A DNA stretch of 64,000 nt from Acidobacteriota bacterium (GTDB lineage: Bacteria; Acidobacteriota; Terriglobia; 20CM-2-55-15), in contig QHWY01000081.1 in assembly GCA_003223875.1 (NCBI GenBank), positions 35,388 to 99,387 of the forward strand. Reading direction: 5' to 3'. Below the pieces are notes generated by a model that was given only the letters and a program-made list of their open reading frames with translations, had not been told where the DNA came from and did not search any database. Below are positions 38,351 through 47,732 of the stretch, one piece after another. The translations under genes were made by a program, and so were the position numbers. How positions within the stretch are numbered: position 1 is the stretch's first letter; the number at the start of each line of letters is the position of its first letter.

Positions 38351-38416
38351 AGCCACAAAAAGGCACAAGGATCACAAGAATGATTCGACTCCTTGTTTTT
38401 TCTGCCTTTTTGTGGC
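38351..38416. repeat. GCCACAAAAAGGCAC inverted-repeat family, copy 1
   Basis: AGCCACAAAAAGGCA ... TGCCTTTTTGTGGC; relatives at 43500, 53388, 57901. Confidence 0.85.
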
Positions 38417-38465
38417 CATTTCTCTTAACCGCAGTATAATGACCGGCTCTGGAGGATGGTCCGTC

Positions 38466-39026
38466 ATGGTTGTGGTGCAGCGGAACGAGGTCAGCCGAAA
38501 TCGAGTCGTTTACATCCTCACCATTATCCTTTCTGTCATCGTTCTCTCCGGAATCGCGGCGGAATTTTCGCAAAGCTCTCAACCGGTCCAGGTACTGTGT
38601 GTGGTGTTGGGCGCGATTGCTCTTCTGGCGATCGCTTTATCCCTTATTCAGCTTTTCGCGCATCCCAAACGAAGCCAGGTTCTTCTTTTCCAGCGCGACG
38701 ATGAAATGGTTTTGGCCACCAATGCCGTTCATGAAGGTTTTAAGTTGCGTTTCTTGCGAGATATCCTCGGAGAGCAGGTTACATCGTTTACCGATGAAGA
38801 TCGGCTTCGATGGAAAAGCCTGGAGAGCGACGGCTTTTATGCAGCGCTATATGTCCGCAATGTGCGGAAGGTGATTATGTTGCGCTTGTGCACCATGATC
38901 TTCGACGACGTTTTTGTGGCGGATCGGAACAACCGTTGGGAGCATCACGATTCGTCCAGCACGGCCGAACCATCCTACTCCAAACGGGAAATGCCCCCAC
39001 TGACGACTTGGAAAAGTTCTCCTTGA
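38466..39026 (+). CDS. hypothetical protein with two N-terminal TM helices
   Basis: Two hydrophobic stretches; GGAGG upstream of ATG 38466; start uncertain. Confidence 0.65.
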   Translation: MVVVQRNEVSRNRVVYILTIILSVIVLSGIAAEFSQSSQPVQVLCVVLGAIALLAIALSLIQLFAHPKRSQVLLFQRDDEMVLATNAVHEGFKLRFLRDILGEQVTSFTDEDRLRWKSLESDGFYAALYVRNVRKVIMLRLCTMIFDDVFVADRNNRWEHHDSSSTAEPSYSKREMPPLTTWKSSP

Positions 39027-39050
39027 CGTGGACGCGATCGACGAGATAAT
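39023..39050 (+). promoter_or_regulatory. putative sigma70 promoter for the thrC-like operon
   Basis: TTGACG-16 bp-GATAAT. Confidence 0.5.
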
Positions 39051-39155
39051 TTGTAGCTTCGTTTCGGATTGTTCTTTGTTCTTTTAACACCGTACGTGGC
39101 GATTTAAGCAACTTGCTCCACGTAAAAAACTGCTAAACAGCTCCGAAAGGGTTGG

Positions 39156-39191
39156 AAAAAAGCCCCGTGCTAGTTTGGCACGGGGCTTTTT
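39156..39191 (+). terminator. intrinsic terminator in the 5' leader of the thrC-like gene (possible attenuator)
   Basis: GCCCCGTGC / GCACGGGGC stem followed by TTTTT, about 46 nt before the ATG. Confidence 0.75.
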
Positions 39192-39237
39192 CATTTTGCC
39201 CTTGTCGAGGCTGCTTAAACCGAAAGAAAGGATCCGC

Positions 39238-40476
39238 ATGAGCTTCGTCAAGGGTCTCAAATGCCGGGAATGCGGACGGGAATATCCCGTCAAACTGCTT
39301 GCCGGCTGTGAAGATTGTTTCGGCCCTCTGGAGGCCGATTATCACTACGAAGCGATCGCCAAGAAATTAACGCGCGACGCTCTCTCCTCCCGTCCCAAAA
39401 CTATTTGGAAATATTGGGAACTACTCCCACTCGAGTCGGAACCAAAAATTGGACTGTCGACGGGCGGCACTCCGCTGGTTCGCGCCGAACGGCTCGGCAG
39501 GAAGCTAGGAATCGACAACCTGTACTTGAAGAATGACAGCGTAAACTGTCCAACGCTTTCCTTTAAAGATCGCGTCACGGCGGTCGCTATCAACAAAGCG
39601 CTGGAATTCAAGCTGCAAGCGGTGGGGTGCGCGTCAACCGGAAATCTTGCCAATTCGGTCGCTGCAAATGCGGCTGCCGCGGGCCTTCCTTCATTCATTC
39701 TAATTCCGGACAATCTTGAACCCAGCAAGGTCGCGGCGACCCAGATCTTCGGGTCTCGTGTGATTGCGGTGAAAGGAAACTACGATGCGGTGAATCGCCT
39801 CTGCAGCCAGATTGTGGATCGATACCCATGGGGTTTCGTGAATGTGAATCTCCGGCCGTTCTATGCGGAGGGATCGAAAACGATCGGATACGAAGTCGCC
39901 GAGCAGTTGGGTTGGCACGCCCCTGATGCCATCGTCGTCCCGATGGCGGGTGGCGCTATGATCAGCAAAATCTACAAGGGGCTGAAAGAACTTCAACGTC
40001 TCGGACTCATCAGCGAAAACGAGCGCACTCGGCTTTACGGCGCTCAAGCGGCGGGATGCAATCCGATTATCGATGCCGTCCGGCGCGGGACGCGGGACAT
40101 CCGGCCGGTCAAACCGAATACGATCGCGAAATCTCTCGCTATCGGGAATCCCGCCGACGGTTATTACGCTGCCTCCCTGATTCCCGAATCCGGCGGATGG
40201 GCGGAAGACTGCACGGATGACGAGCTCGTCGCCGGCATTCAGCTACTTGCGGAAACGGAAGGAATTTTCACCGAAACCGCCGGCGGTGTAACTGTTGCCG
40301 TCGCACAGAAGCTCGTCGAGCAAGGCCGGATCAAGCAGACGGATCTCACGGTTCTCGCAATCACTGGAAATGGTTTGAAAACGCTCGAGGCGTTGGATCT
40401 CGCGCCTCCGCAAGCTATCGAACCGAAACTGGCGGCATTCGAAGAAGTTTTTGGGGGGGCATATCATGTCGCTTAA
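39238..40476 (+). CDS. thrC: threonine synthase-like PLP enzyme with N-terminal Zn ribbon
   Basis: [42 protein letters not shown]. Confidence 0.85.
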   Translation: MSFVKGLKCRECGREYPVKLLAGCEDCFGPLEADYHYEAIAKKLTRDALSSRPKTIWKYWELLPLESEPKIGLSTGGTPLVRAERLGRKLGIDNLYLKNDSVNCPTLSFKDRVTAVAINKALEFKLQAVGCASTGNLANSVAANAAAAGLPSFILIPDNLEPSKVAATQIFGSRVIAVKGNYDAVNRLCSQIVDRYPWGFVNVNLRPFYAEGSKTIGYEVAEQLGWHAPDAIVVPMAGGAMISKIYKGLKELQRLGLISENERTRLYGAQAAGCNPIIDAVRRGTRDIRPVKPNTIAKSLAIGNPADGYYAASLIPESGGWAEDCTDDELVAGIQLLAETEGIFTETAGGVTVAVAQKLVEQGRIKQTDLTVLAITGNGLKTLEALDLAPPQAIEPKLAAFEEVFGGAYHVA

Positions 40477-40741
40477 AGTCGTTATTCCGACGCCGCTTCG
40501 AAAATTTACTGCCGGGGCGGAGACCGTCGAAGTGCAAGCCGCGACCGTCGAAGAAGTGCTCGCCAATCTGGACTCAAAATATCCTGGCTTCCGCGCCAGT
40601 GTGTGCGACGAGACCGGCGCTCTGCGGCGATTTATCAATATTTATCTCGATGGTGAGGACGTGCGGTTCCTGGAAAATCTCGCTACGCCTGTCGCTGACG
40701 GCGCTGAAATCGCCATCGTACCCGCGATCTCAGGCGGATAA
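40466..40741 (+). CDS. MoaD/ThiS/CysO-type ubiquitin-like sulfur carrier
   Basis: [22 protein letters not shown]-terminal PAISGG. Confidence 0.92.
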   Translation: MSLKVVIPTPLRKFTAGAETVEVQAATVEEVLANLDSKYPGFRASVCDETGALRRFINIYLDGEDVRFLENLATPVADGAEIAIVPAISGG

Positions 40742-40775
40742 CTCAATCGAATACTTCGTCGCTGGTTTACAAATT

Positions 40776-41612
40776 TCAAACAGAGGCCGCGGATTTCTGC
40801 CCGATCACGACTCCGGCGCGGCGCGAATAGTGAATCGTTTCGCCAAAACGGCTGCGAAGGGTATTAATCGCCTCTTCGCGAAATTTCATCCATGCGTCAT
40901 TTCCAAGAAGATGACGGCCGAGACGGCCTCCGGAATTGAGCTCCCGGTCTTCGACGAATTGTTCAACAGTCAGCTCAAAGCGCAAGTCCACGGCTCCCGC
41001 ATGGATGACGGAGAAACCGGATTCAGTGAACGCGGCCTCCAGATTCCCTTCCTGTGAAAAATAATTCTCGAGCGGAGCAACTTCGTTCAAAGCTCGTTCG
41101 GCTTCCGGCTTCGAAATGGCTTCCGCCAGGCAGCCACTCCATGCCTGACTGTAGTCATCAACGGTCGATGTCCAGTTCGATGCAGCGATCAAACCAGCGC
41201 CCTTCAAAACACGATGCACGTCATTGAGCGCTCTTCGATATTCGCGAAGATGCGATAAAACAAAACCTGCCGTCACCAGATCAAACGTGTCGCTTTTGAA
41301 CGGCAACGCTGCCGCATCGGCAGCCACTGCGCGAAGGTTTGCCAGCCGTGCCTTAGCTCGTTGAAGCATACCGAGTGAAATATCACAGCCGGCAATATTC
41401 TGTAAGGTCTTAAAGGTCTCGGAAAAGATGGCTGGAATGATTCCAGTACCCGTTCCTATATCCAGCAGCGCTCGGGGCTGGCAGCCGGCGGGCATCATAC
41501 CCGCCATGGCTTGGGCAGCCGGCTGGAAGCGTGCTGCCCAAACGCGATCGTAGTGGTGGACTATCTGATCGTAAGAGCGCCAGTCACTTTTATGGACGTG
41601 GAGCGGGAGCAT
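40776..41612 (-). CDS. class I SAM-dependent methyltransferase
   Basis: LLDIGTGTG, DISLGML, ADAAALPF..FDLV. Confidence 0.9.
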   Translation of the reverse strand: MLPLHVHKSDWRSYDQIVHHYDRVWAARFQPAAQAMAGMMPAGCQPRALLDIGTGTGIIPAIFSETFKTLQNIAGCDISLGMLQRAKARLANLRAVAADAAALPFKSDTFDLVTAGFVLSHLREYRRALNDVHRVLKGAGLIAASNWTSTVDDYSQAWSGCLAEAISKPEAERALNEVAPLENYFSQEGNLEAAFTESGFSVIHAGAVDLRFELTVEQFVEDRELNSGGRLGRHLLGNDAWMKFREEAINTLRSRFGETIHYSRRAGVVIGQKSAASV

Positions 41613-41754
41613 CGATTCGAGCCTCGTCCCAGTGCTCCTTGATCAAATTATTTTCGATGCGCACAACATCGAAGTGGTTCCAGATGGTTTCGGCCGCTAA
41701 CGGAATGGCGAACGCGAGCAACAGAATGCCGGCTGACCAATAAATCGTCCTCAG
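41590..41754 (-). pseudogene. internally deleted secreted SnoaL/NTF2-like gene remnant (54 codons)
   Basis: Signal peptide LRTIYWSAGILLLAFAIPLAA joined directly to WNHFDVVRIENNLIKEHWD (C-terminal NTF2 strands). Confidence 0.5.
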
Positions 41755-41771
41755 GATTTGTTCCCTTCACA

Positions 41772-42269
41772 TCAGTGTTGCATCGGCTCGTCGGCGCTGC
41801 CGCCATAGATGGCCGGAACCTTCGAACCCATCGGCCGGAGATAGCTCGAGAGCTGGCCGCGGTGGTGCGATGAATGCAGATTCAGAAGATTCAGATACGC
41901 GACAGCCGGCAGTTCCATCCCAGCAAACAGGGAAATCGGTTTCATCAACTTGTCTGCCGGAAGATTTTTCAACTTATTGACACGTTCCCGGTGATTTGTT
42001 TCATACCAACTCACAATCGCGCCGATTGTAGGCGGTGCCGCCGGCGGATCGGTCATCGTGAATTGTCCGGCCAGTACACCATCCATGAACCATACTTCGG
42101 AGGTGGCGATGTGCCAGGCCAGTTCCTGGGCCGACATCGACTTCGACTCGGGCTTGTAGGCTTTTTTGCCTTCCGGTACGGCGCGCATGACCTTCTTCGT
42201 TGTTTCGGTCTCCTGTTGGATGGTGTCGACGAAAACTTTGCAAAGTAGTTTGGCTTCTTCTGGTGTCAT
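41772..42269 (-). CDS. DinB family protein
   Basis: ELAWHI, HSSHHRGQLSSYLR, VPAIYGGSADE. Confidence 0.92.
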   Translation of the reverse strand: MTPEEAKLLCKVFVDTIQQETETTKKVMRAVPEGKKAYKPESKSMSAQELAWHIATSEVWFMDGVLAGQFTMTDPPAAPPTIGAIVSWYETNHRERVNKLKNLPADKLMKPISLFAGMELPAVAYLNLLNLHSSHHRGQLSSYLRPMGSKVPAIYGGSADEPMQH

Positions 42270-42291
42270 TGCTTCTCCTTGGTTAATGCGT

Positions 42292-43344
42292 TTAATACTG
42301 ATCGAAAATGCGTTGAATTTCGTGAATGTCCTGTGTCTTGGTTAGCGCCAACATCATCAGGATCCTGGCGTGCGTTGGCAGCAATCGCTCAACGGCAATG
42401 ATGGGCAGCGCTTCCCGTGCTGAACTCGGCGAGGCGACCTGATCGCCCGAGGGAAACGTCGTAGCAATAATGACGCCCTTCCGTTGCAAAGCTTCGTAGT
42501 AATTGCGCTCGGCACCGCCCAAGCCTGTGGTGGCTACAATGATCGCCTTAGCATCGGTCTTGCCGCCGCCATCCGAACCTGCATAGGAGTACTGAATATC
42601 GACCCGGGAAAAAGTCGTGATGTCGCGCACATCGAATTCCGATCCTGATGTATGGCGCCGAGTCGGAGCGTAGAAAAACTCGACACCATGCCGAGCCACA
42701 ATCCCGAGGTTGCCCATCTCTCGGCCGGAAAAGCCTCCTGTCCGCGCATATGCCTTCTCTGCATCGCGAGCCGAGATAATGCGATCATCCATCACCACCA
42801 GCACACCTTTGCCGCGCGCTCCGTGCGAGGCAGCAACTCGAACCGCGGAAAGCAGGTTAATGGGGCCATCTGGGCTGATGCCTGTCGGCGGCCGCTGAGC
42901 GCCAACGATGACGACCGGCTTCTCGGACTTTACGGTGAGATGAAGGAAAAATGCCGTTTCCTCGAGGCGGTCAGTCCCGTGCGTCACGACGATTCCGGCA
43001 ATCTCCGGACGCTTCTCAAAAATCGAATTGATATTTCGGGCAAGCTGCAGCCACTGATCCGGTGTGATGTAGGCGCTCGGAATATTTGCAAACTGCGTCG
43101 CCTCGACTTGCGCGTATCTTCGGATCTCTGGTACTCCGGCCACGATTTCGCCAATCGGTTTGCGAATATCGTAGCCTCCAAGCGTCCCCGGCTCACCCTG
43201 CTCGCCGGCAATCGTCCCGCCGGTAGCGATAATCAGCACTCGCGGCGATTCCACCGGGGCCTGGGCGCCGACTCGACTCAGAATGGAACTCAAAATGAAG
43301 ATAAAACCTAGGAGCACCACGGAAATCGTGAATCTTTTCAACAT
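42292..43344 (-). CDS. secreted type II L-asparaginase
   Basis: Signal peptide; ATGGTIAG; THGTD(R)LEETA; GAQRP; DGPINL. Start re-assigned to 43344. Confidence 0.9.
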   Translation of the reverse strand: MLKRFTISVVLLGFIFILSSILSRVGAQAPVESPRVLIIATGGTIAGEQGEPGTLGGYDIRKPIGEIVAGVPEIRRYAQVEATQFANIPSAYITPDQWLQLARNINSIFEKRPEIAGIVVTHGTDRLEETAFFLHLTVKSEKPVVIVGAQRPPTGISPDGPINLLSAVRVAASHGARGKGVLVVMDDRIISARDAEKAYARTGGFSGREMGNLGIVARHGVEFFYAPTRRHTSGSEFDVRDITTFSRVDIQYSYAGSDGGGKTDAKAIIVATTGLGGAERNYYEALQRKGVIIATTFPSGDQVASPSSAREALPIIAVERLLPTHARILMMLALTKTQDIHEIQRIFDQY

Positions 43345-43499
43345 TGTTCCAGGTAGTTCAAGTCTTAGATCTTTTGGCAGTCCAGGGTCGATTTTAGTCT
43401 TATCGGCGGTCGAACGTCTAACCACTTTTGAGGAGTTTTGTCGAAAGATCTGGATCTGCCGGTAATCCGTAACGCGAACACGTAAACCATTAAAGAACG

Positions 43500-43558
43500 G
43501 CCCCAAAAAGGCAAGAAGACACAAACTTATTTTGTTAACTTTCGTGCTTTTTTGTGGC
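43500..43558. repeat. GCCACAAAAAGGCAC family, copy 2 (degenerate)
   Basis: GCCCCAAAAAGGCA ... TGCTTTTTTGTGGC. Confidence 0.7.
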
Positions 43559-44046
43559 TAGAACCATTCTTCGTCTTCCGGGTCCGGCGTCTTCAATCCC
43601 TCAAAGAATCGCTCTAGCAAAGCACCAACTCCGCCGCCAATCAGAAACCATTGGATCGTCCCAACAGCATATGTCAGGACCAGAGTCCAGACCAGCAACC
43701 CCGGCGGATTGATTCCGGCGCGATCGAACCCGGAGAACACGATAATGATGACCAGCATCGGCGCCACATCGAAGATCGTCATCAACCGCCAGAAATCGGA
43801 GTGGTTGAACAGATACGGCCCAAACTTCGCGTCCCCCGGCTCCAAACGGACATGGGCTTGAAAGTCGAGATACGAAAAAACGAAGAATCCCGATGCCAGC
43901 AACACGTGGCAAACCGCTGATGCCAACGCTACGCGTTTCCAGAAAGCCTGCGCGTTGATACCAAAAGCGTCGAACCATGTCAGCAAGTGGTAAACGCCAA
44001 AAACCAGCAGGGGCGGCAGGCACAGCGAAGCTAAGGTAAACAGCAT
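43558..44046 (-). CDS. hypothetical membrane protein (about 4 TM)
   Basis: Hydrophobic segments, acidic tail. Confidence 0.7.
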   Translation of the reverse strand: MLFTLASLCLPPLLVFGVYHLLTWFDAFGINAQAFWKRVALASAVCHVLLASGFFVFSYLDFQAHVRLEPGDAKFGPYLFNHSDFWRLMTIFDVAPMLVIIIVFSGFDRAGINPPGLLVWTLVLTYAVGTIQWFLIGGGVGALLERFFEGLKTPDPEDEEWF

Positions 44047-44088
44047 AAATTCCTAAAGATATCCGGAAGAGCTGCCGAATGGAATTCT

Positions 44089-44436
44089 ATGGAACGCCGC
44101 CGCTCCAGACGAATCGAAGCGCTGCTCGATCAGGAAGAGCAAGTATTGATTGAGCACGACTTTCAGTACGTCCCCAGTACGATCGTGAACTTTAGCGACG
44201 GTGGAGCACTGCTGGCGCTCAAAGAGCCGGACGTCCGCTTTACCGTTGGTCACAGGCATGCCCTTTTTTTCGACAACGGTGGTCAAGTACTCGCTCTTAA
44301 GGCGACAGTTCGCAGAAAGACCGGGAGGCGTATCGCCTTCGAATTCTCCGATGTGACTTTAGAACAGACAGAAGCGATTCACACGAAACTGGTCCGAATG
44401 GCAATGGTCATGGCGCGTGTCGGATCCGCCGGATAA
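44089..44436 (+). CDS. PilZ domain protein
   Basis: ERRRSRR (RxxxR) and NFSDGG (D/NxSxxG). Confidence 0.85.
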   Translation: MERRRSRRIEALLDQEEQVLIEHDFQYVPSTIVNFSDGGALLALKEPDVRFTVGHRHALFFDNGGQVLALKATVRRKTGRRIAFEFSDVTLEQTEAIHTKLVRMAMVMARVGSAG

Positions 44437-44439
44437 GAA

Positions 44440-45216
44440 TTATTTCCCAGCCAGCCCTTCGGTCAGTTCAATTCGCGTCCCAATTGGGTCAAGAATAAAG
44501 GCGATCTTCAAGCGAAGGTTCGGCAGCTCACGGTAGGGAGCATCGAACTTCACGCCGGCGGCCTCGAGCTTCTTGCAAAAGGCCTCGAGGTCTTTGACTT
44601 CAAATCCGATGTGATCAAGCGTGCGGCCCTTCGTCGGAGCGGTCGGCATTAACGCCGGCAAGAAGTCCACTTCCCCTAGGTTGAAGATAGCGGCGGGCAA
44701 ATCCCGCCGCGTTCCCGATCCGGCGCCAAAAGTCTTCACGTACCACTGCTTCACCACCTCAACACCGGGTGTTGCAATGTGAATGTGATGCATCACAAGC
44801 GGGAGCGTCTGGCTTTTCTCTTCCAGCAATTCCACTCTCAAATTGTCGGGAAATGAGACGAAAGGACCATTCACCGGAACGTCTATGGACGCTAGTTTCG
44901 ATTTCATAGAGGCCGCATCCTTGACGGAAAACGCTATGTGATCGACCGTTGACCCAACCGAGCCGGCGCTTGGCTCCGCCTTGTTAATAATGATGAAGAT
45001 ACCGGGCAGCCGTAATAGCTCCAGAGTTCCCGTCTTCGTCATTTGCGCTCCAAATGCCTCGACCCAGATCTTCGTTTGAGCATCGGGATCCCTGGATAGC
45101 AGATGCACATGCCCAAGAGAAATGCCGCTCTCGTTTGGAGCAGCCAGTTGAGCGAAGAGCGGCAGTCGCGCAAGGACAGAGAGAATCAGAGTCGCGAGAA
45201 GAATCTTTTGACGCAT
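44440..45216 (-). CDS. secreted two-domain VOC/glyoxalase family protein
   Basis: Signal peptide; GHVHL, DHIAF, HHIH, DHIGFEV, DPIGTRIEL. Confidence 0.88.
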   Translation of the reverse strand: MRQKILLATLILSVLARLPLFAQLAAPNESGISLGHVHLLSRDPDAQTKIWVEAFGAQMTKTGTLELLRLPGIFIIINKAEPSAGSVGSTVDHIAFSVKDAASMKSKLASIDVPVNGPFVSFPDNLRVELLEEKSQTLPLVMHHIHIATPGVEVVKQWYVKTFGAGSGTRRDLPAAIFNLGEVDFLPALMPTAPTKGRTLDHIGFEVKDLEAFCKKLEAAGVKFDAPYRELPNLRLKIAFILDPIGTRIELTEGLAGK

Positions 45217-45226
45217 GGCGCGTAAC

Positions 45227-45361
45227 CTACCATGGTTCCGTTAGGCGGTAAAGTCTAGCGGCCGCGAGGTGGGGAATGTGTTTGCCATAAAATCTATCCG
45301 ATATCAGACCCTGTCTGAAAACGGGATGATCGTCGGCGATCAGAATTCGTGTTCGGTGCAT
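45227..45361 (-). pseudogene. N-terminal remnant of a NarL-type response regulator
   Basis: RILIADDHPVFRQGL, then abrupt loss of similarity. Confidence 0.6.
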
Positions 45362-46095
45362 ACGGGATCCGGCAAATTTTCTCCAAATAACGTGTAAAGA
45401 TTCACATTGCCTAGGGCGGCCGTTATGGAATCGGAGATTCCGTCGTGGCGCGATCTCATCGAATCGAGAAACTCCCGGATCTCGCGGCGCACGCTTTCTT
45501 TTTCGCTGCACACGCACGCGATGGGCAAAAAGCCCTGCGTGCGCGCGTACTCTCGGGAGAGCGCTTCTGTCACGTAGATAAGTGGCCGGATCAAGCGAAC
45601 ACTCCCCTTTTGCGACAGCGATGTGGGTGGAAGGGACGCAATACGTCCATTGAACAAGATGTTCCTCAACAGCGATTCAGCGCAATCGTCGGCCGTGTGG
45701 CCAAGCGCAAGGACGGAACACCCAAGCTCGGATGCAATTTTATACAGATGGTAGCGGCGATGCCTGCTGCATACATCGCAACCATGGGGAACATTCTCCG
45801 CGATCAGACGCAGCGTTGCGGTATCGTCGCGCAAAACCCACTCGACGCCGAGCGCCCGGATCTTGTCTTCGAGTGCCACAACAGGAAGCTTGAACTTTCC
45901 CTGCTCCAGCGTGACGGCAACTAACTCGTATGGAAATGGCGCGCGTTTCTTATAAGCGACGAACGCGTGGAGAAGCGTCAGGCTGTCCTTACCTCCAGAA
46001 ACCCCGACCGCAATTCGGTCTCCCGCGCGGAGCATCGAAAAACGCCCCATGGCGCGCCCCATCGCGTCGAGGACCTTTTCGGCGGTATCCATCAT
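45340..46095 (-). CDS. ttcA: tRNA 2-thiocytidine biosynthesis protein TtcA-like
   Basis: SGGKDS PP-loop, CDVCSR, LGHTADD, LIRPL. Confidence 0.85.
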   Translation of the reverse strand: MMDTAEKVLDAMGRAMGRFSMLRAGDRIAVGVSGGKDSLTLLHAFVAYKKRAPFPYELVAVTLEQGKFKLPVVALEDKIRALGVEWVLRDDTATLRLIAENVPHGCDVCSRHRRYHLYKIASELGCSVLALGHTADDCAESLLRNILFNGRIASLPPTSLSQKGSVRLIRPLIYVTEALSREYARTQGFLPIACVCSEKESVRREIREFLDSMRSRHDGISDSITAALGNVNLYTLFGENLPDPVCTEHEF

Positions 46096-46099
46096 TAAA

Positions 46100-47692
46100 T
46101 TATGATACCCGAAACTCTGATTGCCTTAGTTCGCTGCGGCGGATTTTACCTGTGCTCGTTTTGGGCAGTTCCTGAACGAATTCGACTTTCCGCGGGTACT
46201 TGTACGGAGCCATCTCGGCGCGCACGAAATCCTGGAGATCCTGTATCAGCTCCTCCGACGGCTTGTAGGCATTTTGCAGAACGACGAACGCTTTCGGCAC
46301 CATTCCGTGAAGCTCATCGGGCGAGCCCACCACAGCAGCTTCCAAGACGGCCGGATGCTCGAGCAACACACCTTCAATCTCCGGAGCTCCGATCTTGATT
46401 CCGCCGCAAACTATAAGATCGTCATTGCGGCATTGATATTGGAAGAAGCCGTCGCTGCCGCGGATGTATATATCGCCCGGAACATTCCACCCGTTACGCA
46501 CGTAGCGTTGCTGCTGATCCGTAAGCCGCAAATATCGGCAGCCCGTCGGCCCTTTGACGGCAAGAAGGCCGGGCGTTCCATCCGGCACCGGCTGCATCGA
46601 TTGTTCATCGATGACTATGGCTTCGTAACCCGGTACGACCTCTCCCGTTGCTCCCGCGCGCGAGCGGCCGGGGCGAGCGGAAATGAAGATGTGGAGCATC
46701 TCCGTCGAACCAATACCGTCGAGAACTTCTACACCCGTGAGATCGCGCCACGACGTGTACACTGACGGAGGAAGAGTTTCGCCCGCGCTTATTGCCAGTC
46801 TCAGAAAAGAAGTTGCCGACTTTAATTCCGGCACTTGCTTCATCATCAGGCGCAAGCTCATCGGCACGCAGAAGGCGATCGTTACTTTGTGTTTATGCAG
46901 ACATTCGACGAATGCCGGAGGCGAGAACCGGTCCAGAAGAACAGTCGATGCCCCGAACCGGAGCGGAAACAACAGAAGGTCTCCAAGACCGTACGCAAAT
47001 GCCAGCGTTGGATGTCCGCCGAAACGATCGGACGGTGTGGGGTTGAGAATGTAGCGCGCATAGCTGTCGCAAACGGCGAGCAGGTCGGCGTGCGAGTGGA
47101 CGCAGCCCTTCGGAACACCCGTGCTGCCGGATGTGTACAGGACTATCGCCGGCGCATCTTTTGCCGTAGGCGCACATTCGCGATAGGGGGGTCCCCCGCT
47201 CAAATTGTCGACAGATATTCGCCGCAGCGACGTGGAGTCGAGCTTTTCCACCTCGTCCCAGAGATCGGCCTCTGAAATTAACATGACCGGTTCGGCGTTC
47301 TCGACAATGGCATTGAGCTCACGCGCGCGGAGTAAAGGCGCAGTTGGAACAGCGACCGCCCCGATGCGCAGCAGCGCCAAAAACGTCGAAACGAACTGAG
47401 GCCGATTGAGCAAACGTAGAATGACACAGTTGCCGGGCTCGACGCCTTGCCGGCGCAACGCCCCGGCAACCCGCGTCACATCATCGGCAAGTTGTTTGTA
47501 TGTGATAACGGCATCGCCGAAGTGAATAGCCGGAGCCGAGTCACGGCCTAATGCAAGGTTTGCGTCGAGGAGTTCGTAACAGGCGTTCGTCGTCGCAGGA
47601 TACGAGAGTTCCGGGAGCGTATAAATTCTCTCCGGCCACAGTTCTCGCGGTGGATAGGACAGCATTCGGTTGACGGGATGTGTGGGGCGCAC
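46100..47692 (-). CDS. benzoate/2-aminobenzoate-CoA ligase family
   Basis: YTSGSTGVPKG, AFAYGLG, SAGETLP, DGIGSTEMLHIFIS, LPKTSTGK; start may be 47665. Confidence 0.85.
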   Translation of the reverse strand: MRPTHPVNRMLSYPPRELWPERIYTLPELSYPATTNACYELLDANLALGRDSAPAIHFGDAVITYKQLADDVTRVAGALRRQGVEPGNCVILRLLNRPQFVSTFLALLRIGAVAVPTAPLLRARELNAIVENAEPVMLISEADLWDEVEKLDSTSLRRISVDNLSGGPPYRECAPTAKDAPAIVLYTSGSTGVPKGCVHSHADLLAVCDSYARYILNPTPSDRFGGHPTLAFAYGLGDLLLFPLRFGASTVLLDRFSPPAFVECLHKHKVTIAFCVPMSLRLMMKQVPELKSATSFLRLAISAGETLPPSVYTSWRDLTGVEVLDGIGSTEMLHIFISARPGRSRAGATGEVVPGYEAIVIDEQSMQPVPDGTPGLLAVKGPTGCRYLRLTDQQQRYVRNGWNVPGDIYIRGSDGFFQYQCRNDDLIVCGGIKIGAPEIEGVLLEHPAVLEAAVVGSPDELHGMVPKAFVVLQNAYKPSEELIQDLQDFVRAEMAPYKYPRKVEFVQELPKTSTGKIRRSELRQSEFRVS

Positions 47693-47723
47693 ACCTGAAT
47701 TCGGGAATTCAGGTGTGCGCCCC
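47684..47723. repeat. palindrome related to 3776-3835
   Basis: GGGGCGCACACCTGAATTC-GG-GAATTCAGGTGTGCGCCCC. Confidence 0.9.
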
Positions 47724-47732
47724 CTCTCGCGT

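Noticed and set aside
39057-39191. Assignment of the leader as T-box or SAM-I riboswitch
   Set aside because: No UGGNACC bulge and no SAM-I core (AUC..GAG, GCAACC, GUGC, GAU) arrangement visible; kept only as an unknown candidate.
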